Shown piece after piece: positions 30,322 to 41,136 of a stretch of 64,000 nucleotides of DNA (the stretch's first letter is position 1; every line of letters starts with the position of its first letter). This stretch comes from an uncultured SAR86 cluster bacterium (lineage in GTDB: Bacteria; Pseudomonadota; Gammaproteobacteria; Magnimaribacterales; D2472), in assembly GCA_902559345.1 (NCBI GenBank), contig CACEHH010000005.1, forward strand, positions 578 through 64,577, in the 5' to 3' direction. The position numbers and the translations under genes are program-made. The notes beneath the pieces are model-generated. The model saw nothing but the letters and a program-made list of their open reading frames with translations, did no database searches and was not told the origin of the DNA.

Positions 30322-31646
30322 TAATTTTGTAAATTACCTCTTAAACAATTTGGAAGAGCTTCATTAACTTGAATGTTAATGATTTGGCCAACTAAATCAA
30401 TATCACTTGATGAAAAGTTAACGATACGATTGCATATTGTTCTTGCTTGAAGTTGTCCAGGATCTCTTTTTGATTGCCCATAAACTAGACAATTTTGAAC
30501 TGTGCCAACTTTTTTTCTGCTATAGCCAAAAGAAAGTTGATTTAATCTATTTTGAAGAATATTTAATCGCTCTTTCTTCTCTTCTTGAGCAACATCATCA
30601 GGCATATCAGACGCTGTTGTATTTGGTCTTGGACTATAAATAAAACTAAATGATTCATCAAATTTTACATGATTGATAATATCCATGGTCCCTTCGAAGT
30701 CTTCCTTGGTTTCACCAGGGAATCCAACTATAAAATCTGATGAAAAGCTCATTTCTGGTCTAACTGCTTTTATTTTATCTATTAAGTTCAGATACTTCTC
30801 AACATTATATCTTCTTCTCATCAACTTTAAGATTCTGTCAGAGCCACTTTGAACAGGAAGATGAACATGGCTAACTAATTCAGGAACTCTATCATACACT
30901 TCAACCAAATCATCTTTGAATTCATGAGGATGACTTGTTGTATATCGAATTCTTTCAATGTTTTCGATCTTAGCTATTAATTCAATTAACTTGGCAAGTG
31001 AAGATTTATCACCCTTATAAGTTCCTTTAAAATTATTTACATTTTGTCCAAGTAAATGAATTTCTCTTGTCCCCTTATCGGCCAAAACAGATACCTCATT
31101 TAAAATATCTTCAATTGTTCTTGATACTTCATGTCCTCTAGTTTTAGGTACAACGCAAAAAGAACAATATTTATTACAGCCTTCAATAATTGATACAAAA
31201 GCCGAAGGATCTCCTTTTCCTTTAACAGGGATATGAGAAAATTTTTCTAGTTTTGGGAAAGATATGTCAACTTGATTAATGTTGGTTTCTTCTTTCTGAT
31301 TATATAGTTCTGGAAGCTTGTGAAGTGTTTGAGGACCAAAAACAATATCTACTGCTGGCGCCCTCTTAATAATCTTGTCTCCTTCTTGTGAGGCTACACA
31401 TCCACCGATAGCAATCTTTAGATTAGGATTTTTATCTTTTATCTTTCTCCATCTGCCTATTTGATGAAAAACTTTCTCTTGAGCTTTTTCTCTGATTGAA
31501 CATGTATTTAATATCAACAAGTCTGCCTCATCTTCAGTTTTAGCTAGCTCAAAATTTTCTTTTTCCTCAAGCAAATCAAACATTTTTTCAGAATCATATT
31601 CATTCATCTGACAGCCATGAGTTTTGATAAATAGTTTTTTAGTCAT
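30321..31646 (-). CDS. miaB: tRNA-2-methylthio-N6-dimethylallyladenosine synthase
   Basis: [18 protein letters not shown] and GCVA; radical-SAM motif CNKYCSFC; TRAM-like tail. Confidence 0.96.
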   Translation of the reverse strand: MTKKLFIKTHGCQMNEYDSEKMFDLLEEKENFELAKTEDEADLLILNTCSIREKAQEKVFHQIGRWRKIKDKNPNLKIAIGGCVASQEGDKIIKRAPAVDIVFGPQTLHKLPELYNQKEETNINQVDISFPKLEKFSHIPVKGKGDPSAFVSIIEGCNKYCSFCVVPKTRGHEVSRTIEDILNEVSVLADKGTREIHLLGQNVNNFKGTYKGDKSSLAKLIELIAKIENIERIRYTTSHPHEFKDDLVEVYDRVPELVSHVHLPVQSGSDRILKLMRRRYNVEKYLNLIDKIKAVRPEMSFSSDFIVGFPGETKEDFEGTMDIINHVKFDESFSFIYSPRPNTTASDMPDDVAQEEKKERLNILQNRLNQLSFGYSRKKVGTVQNCLVYGQSKRDPGQLQARTICNRIVNFSSSDIDLVGQIINIQVNEALPNCLRGNLQN

Positions 31647-31703
31647 CTTATTAAATTTTTATAACTTTAATTCCCTTCTTTAAATGCCATATAATTAAGT
31701 ATC

Positions 31704-32030
31704 ATGAAAACAAAATGTGTTTACAAGATAATTTTTATCCAACTTGGCGAGATTTATGAAGTTTTTGCTAAAAAAATCTACCAAAGTGATATGTATGGCT
31801 TTGTCGAGGTGGAAGAGTATATCTTCAATAAAGATAAACAGCTAGTAGTTGACCCAAGTTCTGAGAAATTAAAAAATGAATTCTCAAATGTTGAAAGAAG
31901 CTATATACCAATCAATTCAATTATGCGTATTGATAAGGTAAATGAAATGGGGGAAGCAAAGATAAAAGAGAATAAGGGACAAGTATCGCCTTTGCCTCTT
32001 AATATCCAACCATCAAATAAGAAAAATTAG
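31704..32030 (+). CDS. DUF1820 family protein
   Basis: YKIIF..GEIYEVFAK..SDMYGFVEVEE..VVDPSSEKLKNEF..RSYIP; divergent from miaB as in Pseudomonas-type genomes. Confidence 0.8.
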   Translation: MKTKCVYKIIFIQLGEIYEVFAKKIYQSDMYGFVEVEEYIFNKDKQLVVDPSSEKLKNEFSNVERSYIPINSIMRIDKVNEMGEAKIKENKGQVSPLPLNIQPSNKKN

Positions 32031-32031
32031 C

Positions 32032-32580
32032 CTAGTCAGGCATAAAAAGCCTTTTATAAAATTTTAATTCCTCAACAGATTCTTTTATATCGCCTAATGC
32101 TCTATGAGATCCATTCTTTTCATAAACCTGCGCTTCATTCATCCATCTAACAGCTACTTCCTTGAAAGAAGAAACATCGATATGTCTATAGTTAAAATAT
32201 GATTCAAGTCTTGGCATATACTTAAATAAAAATCTTCTATCATGAGATACTGTGTTCCCACACATTGGAGAAACTTTTTCCCCTACATACTTGGATATAA
32301 ATTCTAAAGTTTCAATTTCTGCAACTTGTTCAGTAATGTTACTGCTTTTCACCTGATTGATTAATCCAGATGAGCCATGATGACTCTGATTCCACTCATC
32401 CATAGCGTCTAGGATTTCTAATGGTTGAGAAATTACAAGATTTGGACCCTCAGCAATAATATTTAGATCTGAATCAGTAACCAAAGTTGCAATTTCAATA
32501 ATTTTTTCTATTTCTGGATCAAGACCCGTCATCTCAAGGTCGATCCAAATTAAGTTATCCCTAGATTGTAATGTCTTCAT
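32032..32580 (-). CDS. orn: Oligoribonuclease
   Basis: LIWIDLEMTGLDP, CGNTVSHDRRFL, YRHIDVSS and HRALGDIKES. Confidence 0.96.
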   Translation of the reverse strand: MKTLQSRDNLIWIDLEMTGLDPEIEKIIEIATLVTDSDLNIIAEGPNLVISQPLEILDAMDEWNQSHHGSSGLINQVKSSNITEQVAEIETLEFISKYVGEKVSPMCGNTVSHDRRFLFKYMPRLESYFNYRHIDVSSFKEVAVRWMNEAQVYEKNGSHRALGDIKESVEELKFYKRLFMPD

Positions 32581-32621
32581 CTCTTTTTATAATCACCTCT
32601 TTAGTGTATTTTGTTCTTATT

Positions 32622-33479
32622 ATGGAAAAAGTTCAAACCGGACAAGTTATTGAATTCTATTCTAATAGGTGTCTTGTTAAAACAGATTTTGGCGAATTTG
32701 CTTGTATAGCAATTAAAAATGTTGTTGTTGGAGATTATGTTGAGCTAGAAATTATCCAAGACAGCAAAAAACTTCTTGGGAAAATACTTAAAATTAATAA
32801 AAGAGCTTCAATGCTATCAAGGTGGGATGGCAATAAAGAAAAACTATTTGCTGCTAATATTACTCATGTAGGATTACTAGTTGCACCAAAGCCTAAAACA
32901 ACAAATGAGTTTATTGATAAGTGGATATTAAATGCGAGATTATCGAAAATTGAACCATTTATATTAAATAACAAGATTGATTTTAATTCAAATAATGAAT
33001 ATAGAAAAAAGCTAGATATTTACAAAAATATTGATATAAAAATAATTAATTGCTCAGCAAAGTATGGCAATAACCTAGAAGAATTAGTTGATTATATTAA
33101 AGGTAAATGCGTAGTGTTTGTTGGAAACTCAGGCGCTGGCAAATCTACGCTTACTTCAAAAATTATTGGAAAAGAATTAAGAACGAATGAACTATCAAAT
33201 GACCAGGGTGTTCATACTACCTCAATATCTTCATTATATGAATTATCAAACAATATTAAGATTATTGATTCGCCAGGAATGCGCGATATTGAGTTAATTA
33301 AATATTCAAAAGATAAAATAATTAAGGGATTCTCAGAAATACTAAAGTCATCCAAAGATTGTAAATTTAATAACTGTAACCATATTAACAATGATGGATG
33401 CAATGTAATTAAAGACTTACTTGATGGCGTTATAGATAAAAGTAGATACAATAATTTCATAAAATTTAGAGATAGTTAG
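32622..33479 (+). CDS. rsgA: Ribosome small subunit-dependent GTPase A
   Basis: Circularly permuted GTPase order NKID, GNSGAGKS, GVHTT, DSPG; CKFNNCNH..GC Zn finger; ATG at 32622. Confidence 0.94.
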   Translation: MEKVQTGQVIEFYSNRCLVKTDFGEFACIAIKNVVVGDYVELEIIQDSKKLLGKILKINKRASMLSRWDGNKEKLFAANITHVGLLVAPKPKTTNEFIDKWILNARLSKIEPFILNNKIDFNSNNEYRKKLDIYKNIDIKIINCSAKYGNNLEELVDYIKGKCVVFVGNSGAGKSTLTSKIIGKELRTNELSNDQGVHTTSISSLYELSNNIKIIDSPGMRDIELIKYSKDKIIKGFSEILKSSKDCKFNNCNHINNDGCNVIKDLLDGVIDKSRYNNFIKFRDS

Positions 33480-33482
33480 CAA

Positions 33483-34223
33483 ATGAATAAAAAAACTCAC
33501 TTCGGATATAAAGAAGTTGATGAATTTGACAAAAGTAAATTTGTTGGTGATGTATTTACATCTGTATCTAAAAACTATGACATTATGAATGATGCTATGT
33601 CTTTTGGAATGCATAGACTTTGGAAAAGAATACTTGTTGAATTAGCCGCTATTGGAGAAAATGATGTTGTGCTAGATATTGCAAGTGGCACAGGGGATAT
33701 ATCAAAGCTTATTTCTAAAGAATATCCTAATACTAATATTTTTATGAGCGATATAAACTATGACATGCTAAATGAAGGAAGAAATAGAGCAATTGATGAA
33801 AGCTTTGATTCAAATTGTTCATTTTGTCAGCTTAGTGGAGAAATTTTACCGTTTAAAGATAATACATTTGACCTTATAACTGTTGGTTTTGGGCTAAGGA
33901 ATTTTACAAACAAGGAAAGGGGTCTTATGGAAATGAAAAGATGTCTAAAGAAAAATGGAAAGCTATTAATTTTAGAATTTTCAAAACCAATCAACTCAAC
34001 TTTTTCTAAAATATACGACTGGTACTCTTTTAATATTCTTCCAAGGCTCGGATCAGTGCTTGCAAATGATTCAGAAAGCTATCAATACCTAGCAGAGTCA
34101 ATAAGAATGCATCCCAATCAAGAATTATTAAAAAATATGGTGTTGAATTCAGGTTTTAAAGAATGTAAATTTTATAATTTACTCAATGGGGTGGTTGCTA
34201 TTCATATTGGTAGTGATGCTTGA
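33483..34223 (+). CDS. ubiE: Ubiquinone/menaquinone C-methyltransferase
   Basis: THFGY, YDIMNDAMSFGMHRLWK, LDIASGTGD, FGLRN and YLAESI. Confidence 0.96.
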   Translation: MNKKTHFGYKEVDEFDKSKFVGDVFTSVSKNYDIMNDAMSFGMHRLWKRILVELAAIGENDVVLDIASGTGDISKLISKEYPNTNIFMSDINYDMLNEGRNRAIDESFDSNCSFCQLSGEILPFKDNTFDLITVGFGLRNFTNKERGLMEMKRCLKKNGKLLILEFSKPINSTFSKIYDWYSFNILPRLGSVLANDSESYQYLAESIRMHPNQELLKNMVLNSGFKECKFYNLLNGVVAIHIGSDA

Positions 34224-34713
34224 TATTACAAAACCCTTTAATAAACTTATTAAAGATATTGAAGAATCTTCTCCCAGCCTTAAGAAGTCTTTAGCTGAAA
34301 TTTCTCCACTAAGTTTCTGTTTAAATATTGAAGGGCATAAAAATATTTATATAACCTTAAACGGTAATCATTCTGATATTGGTTTTAAGAAAAACAATCA
34401 TCGATTTGAAATAAAGGCATCTACAATTGAACTACTTCAAGTTATTGTTTCCGGGAAAATAAATAAAAACCTCATAAATGGAGATGCAGAGCTAGCCATT
34501 GTTCTCCTTAATGCAATCTACAAATCAAATATTGATTTTATTTACCTTATTGATAAATATTTTGGGAATTTACCTGCTGTGTTTACGTATGCTATTGTTA
34601 ACAAAGTCTTTAACTCCTCTGAAGTATATCGTGATAATGAACAAAGAAAGATACGAAAACGTCTTAGGGATTTAGCAATAAGACTAGATAGATTAGAGGC
34701 TATAAAAGTTTAA
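34216..34713 (+). CDS. ubiJ: Ubiquinone biosynthesis accessory factor UbiJ-like (divergent)
   Basis: Between ubiE and ubiB; SCP2-like segment (INGDAELA) and C-terminal coiled coil LRDLAIRLDRLEA. Confidence 0.7.
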   Translation: MLDITKPFNKLIKDIEESSPSLKKSLAEISPLSFCLNIEGHKNIYITLNGNHSDIGFKKNNHRFEIKASTIELLQVIVSGKINKNLINGDAELAIVLLNAIYKSNIDFIYLIDKYFGNLPAVFTYAIVNKVFNSSEVYRDNEQRKIRKRLRDLAIRLDRLEAIKV

Positions 34714-36200
34714 TGAATTTCATAATAGTTACATACGAATTATTAAAAATGCTTTTTATAGGTCTTAATAAAGGTATTTTTTATAAGCCCAATGGTAAAA
34801 AACTATCAATTTATTTAGAATCTCTTGGGCCTATTTTTACAAAATTTGGGCAGTTATTATCAACAAGGACAGATATTTTAGATCTTGAAACTGCTAAAGA
34901 GCTTGAGAGTTTGACGGACAGTTGTAAGCCGTTTGATGTTGTAATATTCAAAAAAATAGTTGAGTCAGAGTTGGGTGATTCTATTGAAAATATTTTTGAT
35001 TCTTTTGAAGAAACGCCTTTAGCAGCTGCTTCCTTAGCTCAAGTTCATTCAGCAAAGCTTAAAGATGGAAATGAAGTTGTTATAAAGGTGCTTAGACCAA
35101 ATATTAAAAAAAGTGTAAATAAAAATCTTAGATTATTAAAAGCTGCCGCAAAAATTTTTTCATATTCATATAAAGATAGCTATAGGCTAAAGCCGAATGA
35201 AGTTATTAAAGATTATGAATCAACAATCTTAAAAGAACTTGATCTGAGGCTTGAAGCATCAAATACAAACCTCACAAGAAAGAATTTTATTAACTCAAAT
35301 GAGTTATATATACCTGAGGTATATTGGGATTTAACCACTTCAAATGTAATGGTGCTTGAAAAAATTGATGGCATTCCATGCACGGACATTAAACAAATAG
35401 AAAAATATGGTATTGACAAAAAAGAGTTGGCTGAAAACGGGGTAATGATTTTTCTAAAGCAAGTTTTCAGAGATAATTTTTTCCATGCTGACATGCATCC
35501 TGGAAATATCTTTGTCTCAAAAGAAAACACAAATAACCCAGGTTATATTGCTGTTGATTGCGCAATTACAGGATCACTATCAAATGATGAAAGATATATA
35601 TTGGCGCGAATGTTGCAGGCAGTTCTAAAACAAAACTATAAATCTCTTTCTAATTTGTTTATCACATCAGGCTGGGTAAATGCTGATACAAATAACATTG
35701 AGCTTGAAAATACTCTTAGGGCCTGTTGTGAGCCTATATTTGAAAAACCATTATCTGAGATAGAGTTTGGTAAGCTTCTTCTATATCTTTTTCAAAGTAC
35801 TAGACAATATGGCTTATCTATACAGACCTCTCTAGTCTTGCTTCAAAAAACTTTAATACATATTGAGGGCATGGGAAGACAAATCTACCCAGAACTAGAT
35901 TTTTGGGCTATTGCAGAACCATATCTTGATAACTGGTTAACAGAGCAGTTTAGCCCTTTAAAGCTTAAAGATTATATAGTGGAGAATAAGGAAGAAATCT
36001 TGCTTAAAGCGTCAGAATTTCCTGGTATTTTGTACGAGGCTTTGGATGAATTAAAAAGTTATTCTAAATCCAAACAATCAAATGATAAAAAAGTTGAAGA
36101 ACTCGAACTTCAATTATCTAAGCAAAAATACCTCATTCGTATTATTGGTATTGGTATTGGTATAATGATAACAATTGTTATATTGCTGGTATTTGCATAG
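34713..36200 (+). CDS. ubiB: Ubiquinone biosynthesis kinase-like protein
   Basis: LGPIFTKFGQLLSTR, AAASLAQVH, VIKVLRP and FFHADMHPGN. Confidence 0.95.
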   Translation: MNFIIVTYELLKMLFIGLNKGIFYKPNGKKLSIYLESLGPIFTKFGQLLSTRTDILDLETAKELESLTDSCKPFDVVIFKKIVESELGDSIENIFDSFEETPLAAASLAQVHSAKLKDGNEVVIKVLRPNIKKSVNKNLRLLKAAAKIFSYSYKDSYRLKPNEVIKDYESTILKELDLRLEASNTNLTRKNFINSNELYIPEVYWDLTTSNVMVLEKIDGIPCTDIKQIEKYGIDKKELAENGVMIFLKQVFRDNFFHADMHPGNIFVSKENTNNPGYIAVDCAITGSLSNDERYILARMLQAVLKQNYKSLSNLFITSGWVNADTNNIELENTLRACCEPIFEKPLSEIEFGKLLLYLFQSTRQYGLSIQTSLVLLQKTLIHIEGMGRQIYPELDFWAIAEPYLDNWLTEQFSPLKLKDYIVENKEEILLKASEFPGILYEALDELKSYSKSKQSNDKKVEELELQLSKQKYLIRIIGIGIGIMITIVILLVFA

Positions 36201-36209
36201 GAGTAATTT

Positions 36210-36389
36210 ATGGGGTTTGGTTGGCAAGAATTATTAATTATTCTTTTAATAGTAGGGTTAATCTTTGGTACAAGTAAATTAAGAAATATTGGTTCTGATC
36301 TTGGTGGAGCTGTGAAGGGTTTTAAAAAAGGCATCAAAGAAGAAGAGTCTGAAAAAGAAGAAAAAAATAATACAGAAAAAGAAGACTAA
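36210..36389 (+). CDS. tatA: Twin-arginine translocase subunit TatA (59 aa, not in ORF track)
   Basis: Translates as [59 protein letters not shown]; AGGAG ribosome-binding site; precedes tatBC. Confidence 0.95.
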   Translation: MGFGWQELLIILLIVGLIFGTSKLRNIGSDLGGAVKGFKKGIKEEESEKEEKNNTEKED

Positions 36390-36392
36390 AAA

Positions 36393-36638
36393 TTGTTTCA
36401 GATTGGCTTTTTAGAAATCATTATAATTTTGGTTTTAGGTCTAATAATAATTGGTCCTAATAGAATTCCTGTGGTGGTGAAAGCAGCTCTTAAATTTTAT
36501 AAAAGAATTCAAAAAAAGTTCACTAATTTTAAAAAAGATGTTGAAAAAGAGATAGGAGTCGATGAGCTAAATAAAGATATTTTTAATGAACTTAGAATGG
36601 AAGAATTAGAAGAAACAAAAGAATCTGAAAATGACTAA
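36393..36638 (+). CDS. tatB: Twin-arginine translocase subunit TatB
   Basis: MFQIGFLEIIIILVLGLIIIGPNRIP. Confidence 0.92.
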   Translation: MFQIGFLEIIIILVLGLIIIGPNRIPVVVKAALKFYKRIQKKFTNFKKDVEKEIGVDELNKDIFNELRMEELEETKESEND

Positions 36639-37335
36639 AGATTCTATTTCAAATCATCTCTTAGAGCTTAGAAATAGACTTCTAAAGGTTATAGTCTTAT
36701 TTGTAATTTTTTCAATTATTGGCATTCCTTTTGCATCAGATATATATGGATTTGTTGCTGACCCATTAATCAAATTATTACCAACAGGCAGCAGCATGAT
36801 TGCAACTGAAGTTGCTTCGCCTTTTATGGCGCCAATAAAATTAGTCTTATATATGGCTTTATTGTTTTCAATGCCATGGTTGTTTTATCAAATTTGGATG
36901 TACGTATCGCCAGGTCTTTATAAGAATGAAAAAAGCTTTACTGGCCCTTTAATGTTTTCAACTGTCGTACTATTTTTTAGCGGTGCAGCTTTTGCATTTT
37001 TTGTTGTATGTCCAATCATATTTAAATTCTTTATAGTTATGGCGCCAGATTCTATCCAAGTTATGACAGATATAAATCAATATCTTGGATTTATATTTAA
37101 GCTTGTATTTGCTTTTGGAATTGCATTTGAAATCCCTGTCGCAACTATTCTATTGGTTAAAAGCGGCATCGCAACAAAGGCATCTTTAGCTAAAGCTAGG
37201 CCTTATTTAATTATTTTATTTTTGGTTATTGGTATGCTTTTAACCCCACCAGATATTTTTTCACAATTATTTTTAGCGATACCAATGTGGATATTATTTG
37301 AATTAGGGATATTGATATCTAGAGATAAAAATTAA
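36631..37335 (+). CDS. tatC: Twin-arginine translocase subunit TatC
   Basis: HLLELRNRL, PGLYKNE, AFEIPV and LTPPDIFSQ. Confidence 0.96.
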   Translation: MTKDSISNHLLELRNRLLKVIVLFVIFSIIGIPFASDIYGFVADPLIKLLPTGSSMIATEVASPFMAPIKLVLYMALLFSMPWLFYQIWMYVSPGLYKNEKSFTGPLMFSTVVLFFSGAAFAFFVVCPIIFKFFIVMAPDSIQVMTDINQYLGFIFKLVFAFGIAFEIPVATILLVKSGIATKASLAKARPYLIILFLVIGMLLTPPDIFSQLFLAIPMWILFELGILISRDKN

Positions 37336-37928
37336 GAAATTTTATTTAAATTAATTAAGGTTCTGTAAAAAAACCAGGGAAGTATCAACCACGGCATTTG
37401 AGATTGAAGCATTATAGTTCGGTCATTAAATTCAAACAAAGTTGGGTTTAAATATGGCCCTAATGGTGATAAAGGAGCCCATGAAATCGGTTTACCTTCT
37501 GCTAGCTGGTCATGGTAAAGAAACATCTCAACTAAAATATTTTGACTAACACACCAAAAAAGGAAAACAGCGAAAGCGCTCCATTTCCATTCTTTAAAAA
37601 CTGAATTATCTCTTCCATGAGTTAACCACATTAGCAAGGTTCCTCCCAGTAAAACTGATCCAGCATCTCCCATTGAATTTAGAAGCCAGTTTATATTTTT
37701 AGGAAGCCATGTATTAAGTGCTTCAGACCTTCTAATGTCTACTGAATATCCATCAACCCAACCATATGTAAACCAAAGCTCCCAACCAAGAGCACAAATG
37801 ATGATACCAACTATATAAAATGAAGAAGCCCAATCTGGCATCTTAGATCTGTTTGTTAGAAAGATGAACAGTGGTATAAAGACTGCTAAATAAACAACTG
37901 TTATTACTCTAATCTCTTCAAAGGACAT
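37332..37928 (-). CDS. Hypothetical Trp-rich integral membrane protein
   Basis: 198-aa ORF with about 5 hydrophobic segments; co-oriented with the upstream operon. Confidence 0.7.
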   Translation of the reverse strand: MSFEEIRVITVVYLAVFIPLFIFLTNRSKMPDWASSFYIVGIIICALGWELWFTYGWVDGYSVDIRRSEALNTWLPKNINWLLNSMGDAGSVLLGGTLLMWLTHGRDNSVFKEWKWSAFAVFLFWCVSQNILVEMFLYHDQLAEGKPISWAPLSPLGPYLNPTLFEFNDRTIMLQSQMPWLILPWFFYRTLINLNKIS

Positions 37929-37931
37929 GCA

Positions 37932-38513
37932 TCATAACCCGAGCCTGTCAGTCCAATTATCATCTGATGGCCTTTTATGATTAACAACCATTTCGACAAG
38001 CTCTTGGGGGGAATCAGATATTAATAATTCTTGTAAGTTTGCAGATGAGATAAAACCTTCATCAACTGCTTTATTAAACCATTTAAGAAGATGATCATAA
38101 TATCCTTCAGTATTTAATATACCAACAGGTTTGTTAATGATACCGAGTTGATTGCTTGCCATAATCTCAGCAAGTTCATCCAGAGAACCCACTCCACCTG
38201 GAAGAACAATAAAAGCATCTGATCTGGACATAAATTCATCCTTTCTATCAAGCAAAGTTTCTGATACAACAATCTCATTTAATCTGGGATTTGCTAGCTC
38301 CAAAGCATGTAAAGATTTTAGTGATATTCCTAAGACCTCAACACCATTATCAAGGGCTGTATCAGAAATAATTTTCATAAGGCCAACATTTCCGCCCCCA
38401 AAAACTACATTAATACCTTTTTTAGCAATGTATTCTGCAACAGACACTGCAGCCTTGGCATATTCTGGGTTCTTACCCTCATGGGCTCCACAAAAAATTG
38501 ATATATTTTTCAT
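37932..38513 (-). CDS. LOG-family nucleotide phosphoribohydrolase (TIGR00730)
   Basis: FCGA, VFGGGNVGLM, RK and LPGGVGSLDE. Confidence 0.92.
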   Translation of the reverse strand: MKNISIFCGAHEGKNPEYAKAAVSVAEYIAKKGINVVFGGGNVGLMKIISDTALDNGVEVLGISLKSLHALELANPRLNEIVVSETLLDRKDEFMSRSDAFIVLPGGVGSLDELAEIMASNQLGIINKPVGILNTEGYYDHLLKWFNKAVDEGFISSANLQELLISDSPQELVEMVVNHKRPSDDNWTDRLGL

Positions 38514-38520
38514 AAATTAT

Positions 38521-38958
38521 TTAAGTTTTAAAATTAAAAGTTACTGGTCCTTTATTGGTAAGAGTTATTTCCATAAGTGCTCCAAACTTTCCTTCATGTA
38601 CATTTATGAATAGTTTTCTGAACTCATTTACAAATTCATCATACATCAATTTGGCATCCTGGGGTTTTGCCGCCCTATGAAAACTTGGCTTACTTCCTTT
38701 GTTTGTAATTGCTGCTAGAGTGAATTGACTTACTATTAAGACTTCTTCATTAGAATCTTTTAATGATAATGATGTTATCCCCTTAGGGCCATCAAGCATT
38801 CTAAAATTTATAATCTTATTAACCATTTCATTAATTTTTTCATGAGTATCATTTTGTTCGACACATACAAATATCAAACAGCCATTACCTATTGAAGAAT
38901 AAAGCTCATCCTCAATGATAACTTTAGCGCTTGAAACTCTTTGAACTGTAGCTAACAA
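38521..38958 (-). CDS. dtd: D-aminoacyl-tRNA deacylase
   Basis: VQRVSSA, VSQFTL, PSF, GKFGA and NKGPVT. Confidence 0.94.
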   Translation of the reverse strand: MLATVQRVSSAKVIIEDELYSSIGNGCLIFVCVEQNDTHEKINEMVNKIINFRMLDGPKGITSLSLKDSNEEVLIVSQFTLAAITNKGSKPSFHRAAKPQDAKLMYDEFVNEFRKLFINVHEGKFGALMEITLTNKGPVTFNFKT

Positions 38959-38961
38959 ATT

Positions 38962-39978
38962 TTATCTGTCTTCAAGTTCTTCTTCCCATTGACCTAAGGA
39001 AGCGAGCTTATTCATTTCTGCTCTATGAGATAACTCATCTTGAGAAATAAATACATTTTCTTTCTTACCTCCCCAGGCCTTTAATGCTGGCGCTTGTAAA
39101 GCTCTTCCATAAGAAAAGCTTAATTTCCATGAGAAGCCACCAATCTTATTCATTGCATCTAAATGAGCTGTTGCCAAAACATCAGATTGGCCTCCTGATA
39201 AGAAAGTAACTCCAGGAAGATCTGAGGGAACATTTGCAATTAAGCATTCCAAAGTTTTCTTAGCAACCTCTTCTATACTAGCTTGAACATCAGCGCTTTT
39301 TCCAGAAGTAACCATATTTGGTTTCAAAAGGGTTCCTTTAATATTAACTCCCTTGTCTTCAAGATGAGAAAATAGAGACTTTAAAGAACGTTTGGTTGCC
39401 TCATAACATTCATCGATGGAGTGTTCTCCATCCATCAAAACTTCTGGTTCTACAATAGGTACCATCCTATTGTTTTGTGCATGTTTTGCATAATCAGCTA
39501 AGGCCTGCATATTTGCATCAATACATTTATCTGTTGGAGTTCCATCCCCAATATTGATTACAGCTCTCCATTTAGTGAATTTTGCTCCCATTGCTACGTA
39601 TTCTTTTAGTCTCTCATCAAGACCATCTAGTCCAACTGTTACTGTTTCTCCAGGACAATCATCAATAGGTTGAAGGCCTTTATCTACTTTTATTCCTGGA
39701 AGGGCGCCTTGATCTAATATTAAATCCCTTAATAATGTTCCGTCTGCAGCAGATTGCCTTAAAGTTTCATCAAATAATATTACTCCGCCTATATTCTCTT
39801 TCATGCCCTTTGATCTAAAGAGCATCTCTCTGTAATCTCTTCTATTTTCTTCTGTCGACTCAACTCCAATTGAATCAAACCTTTTACCACAAGTTGGATT
39901 GCTTTCATCAGCGGCTAAAATACCCTTTCCATCTGCAACAATAAAAGCAGCAATTTCTTCTATATTATTAAGTGACAT
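38962..39978 (-). CDS. Fructose-bisphosphate aldolase class I
   Basis: GKGILAADES, GIKVDKG, KWRAV, VPIVEPEV, TLLKPNMVT (Schiff-base Lys), FLSGGQS and FSYGRALQ. Confidence 0.95.
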   Translation of the reverse strand: MSLNNIEEIAAFIVADGKGILAADESNPTCGKRFDSIGVESTEENRRDYREMLFRSKGMKENIGGVILFDETLRQSAADGTLLRDLILDQGALPGIKVDKGLQPIDDCPGETVTVGLDGLDERLKEYVAMGAKFTKWRAVINIGDGTPTDKCIDANMQALADYAKHAQNNRMVPIVEPEVLMDGEHSIDECYEATKRSLKSLFSHLEDKGVNIKGTLLKPNMVTSGKSADVQASIEEVAKKTLECLIANVPSDLPGVTFLSGGQSDVLATAHLDAMNKIGGFSWKLSFSYGRALQAPALKAWGGKKENVFISQDELSHRAEMNKLASLGQWEEELEDR

Positions 39979-39981
39979 AAT

Positions 39982-41136
39982 TTAACTCCCAGTCTCTTTT
40001 GAATTCAAAGCTTCAATTGATGGCAAAACCTTACCTTCCATAAACTCTAAAAAGGCTCCTCCGCCTGTTGAACAATATGATACATCATCTTGTTTAATAT
40101 ATTTATTTATTGCAGACAATGTTTCGCCTCCTCCAGCTAAAGAGAAAGCTGCAGATTTAGCTATAGCCACTGAAAGATCTTTTGTTCCTTTTTCAAAAAA
40201 ATTATTTTCAAAAACTCCCATTGGACCATTCCAAAGAATGGTTTTAGCATTATTGATTAAAGAGATGGTTTCTTGTTCAAGACATAAATCCAAGATCGTT
40301 TCATCATCTGCAATTTCATTAGCTTGTCTTTCTTTTATATCGTCTCCTTCAAAGGTTTTGGATGTAACAACTCTATCGGGCAAAATAATTTTTCCCTGAT
40401 GATAAATATGCTTTGCTTTTTCAAGCATTGAATCTTCAACTAAAGAATTGCCTATATTTTTTCCTGTAGCTTTTAAGAAAGTATTCGCAATACCGCCGCC
40501 AACAACAATATAATCTGCTACTGAATTAATGTGCTCTATAAGCTCAAGTTTTGTTGATACTTTAGCGCCACCAATAATGGCAACATACGGACTTTCGAAA
40601 TTATTAAGAGCCTTAGATAAAAACTCATTCTCCTTTTCAAGCAATATTCCTGCGCAAGCATTATTTGAATTCTCAATTGCCGAATGGGTTGAAGCTTGCT
40701 CTCTATGAGCGGTTCCAAATGCATCAAAAACATATAAATCGCCAAGACTACCTAATTTTTGTCCTAAATTTTTACAATTTTCTTTCTCACCCTCAAAAAA
40801 TCTTATATTTTCTAACATTTGAATATTTGATGCACCTTTAAATATATCTTTAGAATCTAAATTATCAATTATCTCAACAGATTGATTAATAATTTTACTT
40901 AAAGATAATGCTACGGGCTTTAAAGAGAATTTTTCTTCAAAATTTTCCTCGGCTGGCCTTCCCAAGTGGCTAATTAATAATATTTTTGAATTGCTATTTA
41001 ATGCATAATTTATTGTAGGTATGCTGGCTTTAATTCTTGTTAAGTCTAATACATTGCCATCTTTAATTGGCACGTTCATATCAACTCGTATGACAATATT
41101 TTTATTGGTTATATCTAGAGATGATAAATTAATCAT
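39982..41136 (-). CDS. pgk: Phosphoglycerate kinase
   Basis: RVDMNVP, SHLGRP, LENIRF, DAFGTAHR, WNGPMGVFE and STGGGAFLE. Confidence 0.97.
   Translation of the reverse strand: MINLSSLDITNKNIVIRVDMNVPIKDGNVLDLTRIKASIPTINYALNSNSKILLISHLGRPAEENFEEKFSLKPVALSLSKIINQSVEIIDNLDSKDIFKGASNIQMLENIRFFEGEKENCKNLGQKLGSLGDLYVFDAFGTAHREQASTHSAIENSNNACAGILLEKENEFLSKALNNFESPYVAIIGGAKVSTKLELIEHINSVADYIVVGGGIANTFLKATGKNIGNSLVEDSMLEKAKHIYHQGKIILPDRVVTSKTFEGDDIKERQANEIADDETILDLCLEQETISLINNAKTILWNGPMGVFENNFFEKGTKDLSVAIAKSAAFSLAGGGETLSAINKYIKQDDVSYCSTGGGAFLEFMEGKVLPSIEALNSKETGS

Noticed and set aside
36144-36161. Short tandem repeat (ATTGGT)x3 at the end of ubiB
   Set aside because: In-frame coding of IGIGIG in a TM helix; too short to indicate a contingency locus.
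38152-38613. 153-aa plus-strand ORF
   Set aside because: Antisense to the LOG and dtd genes; shadow ORF.
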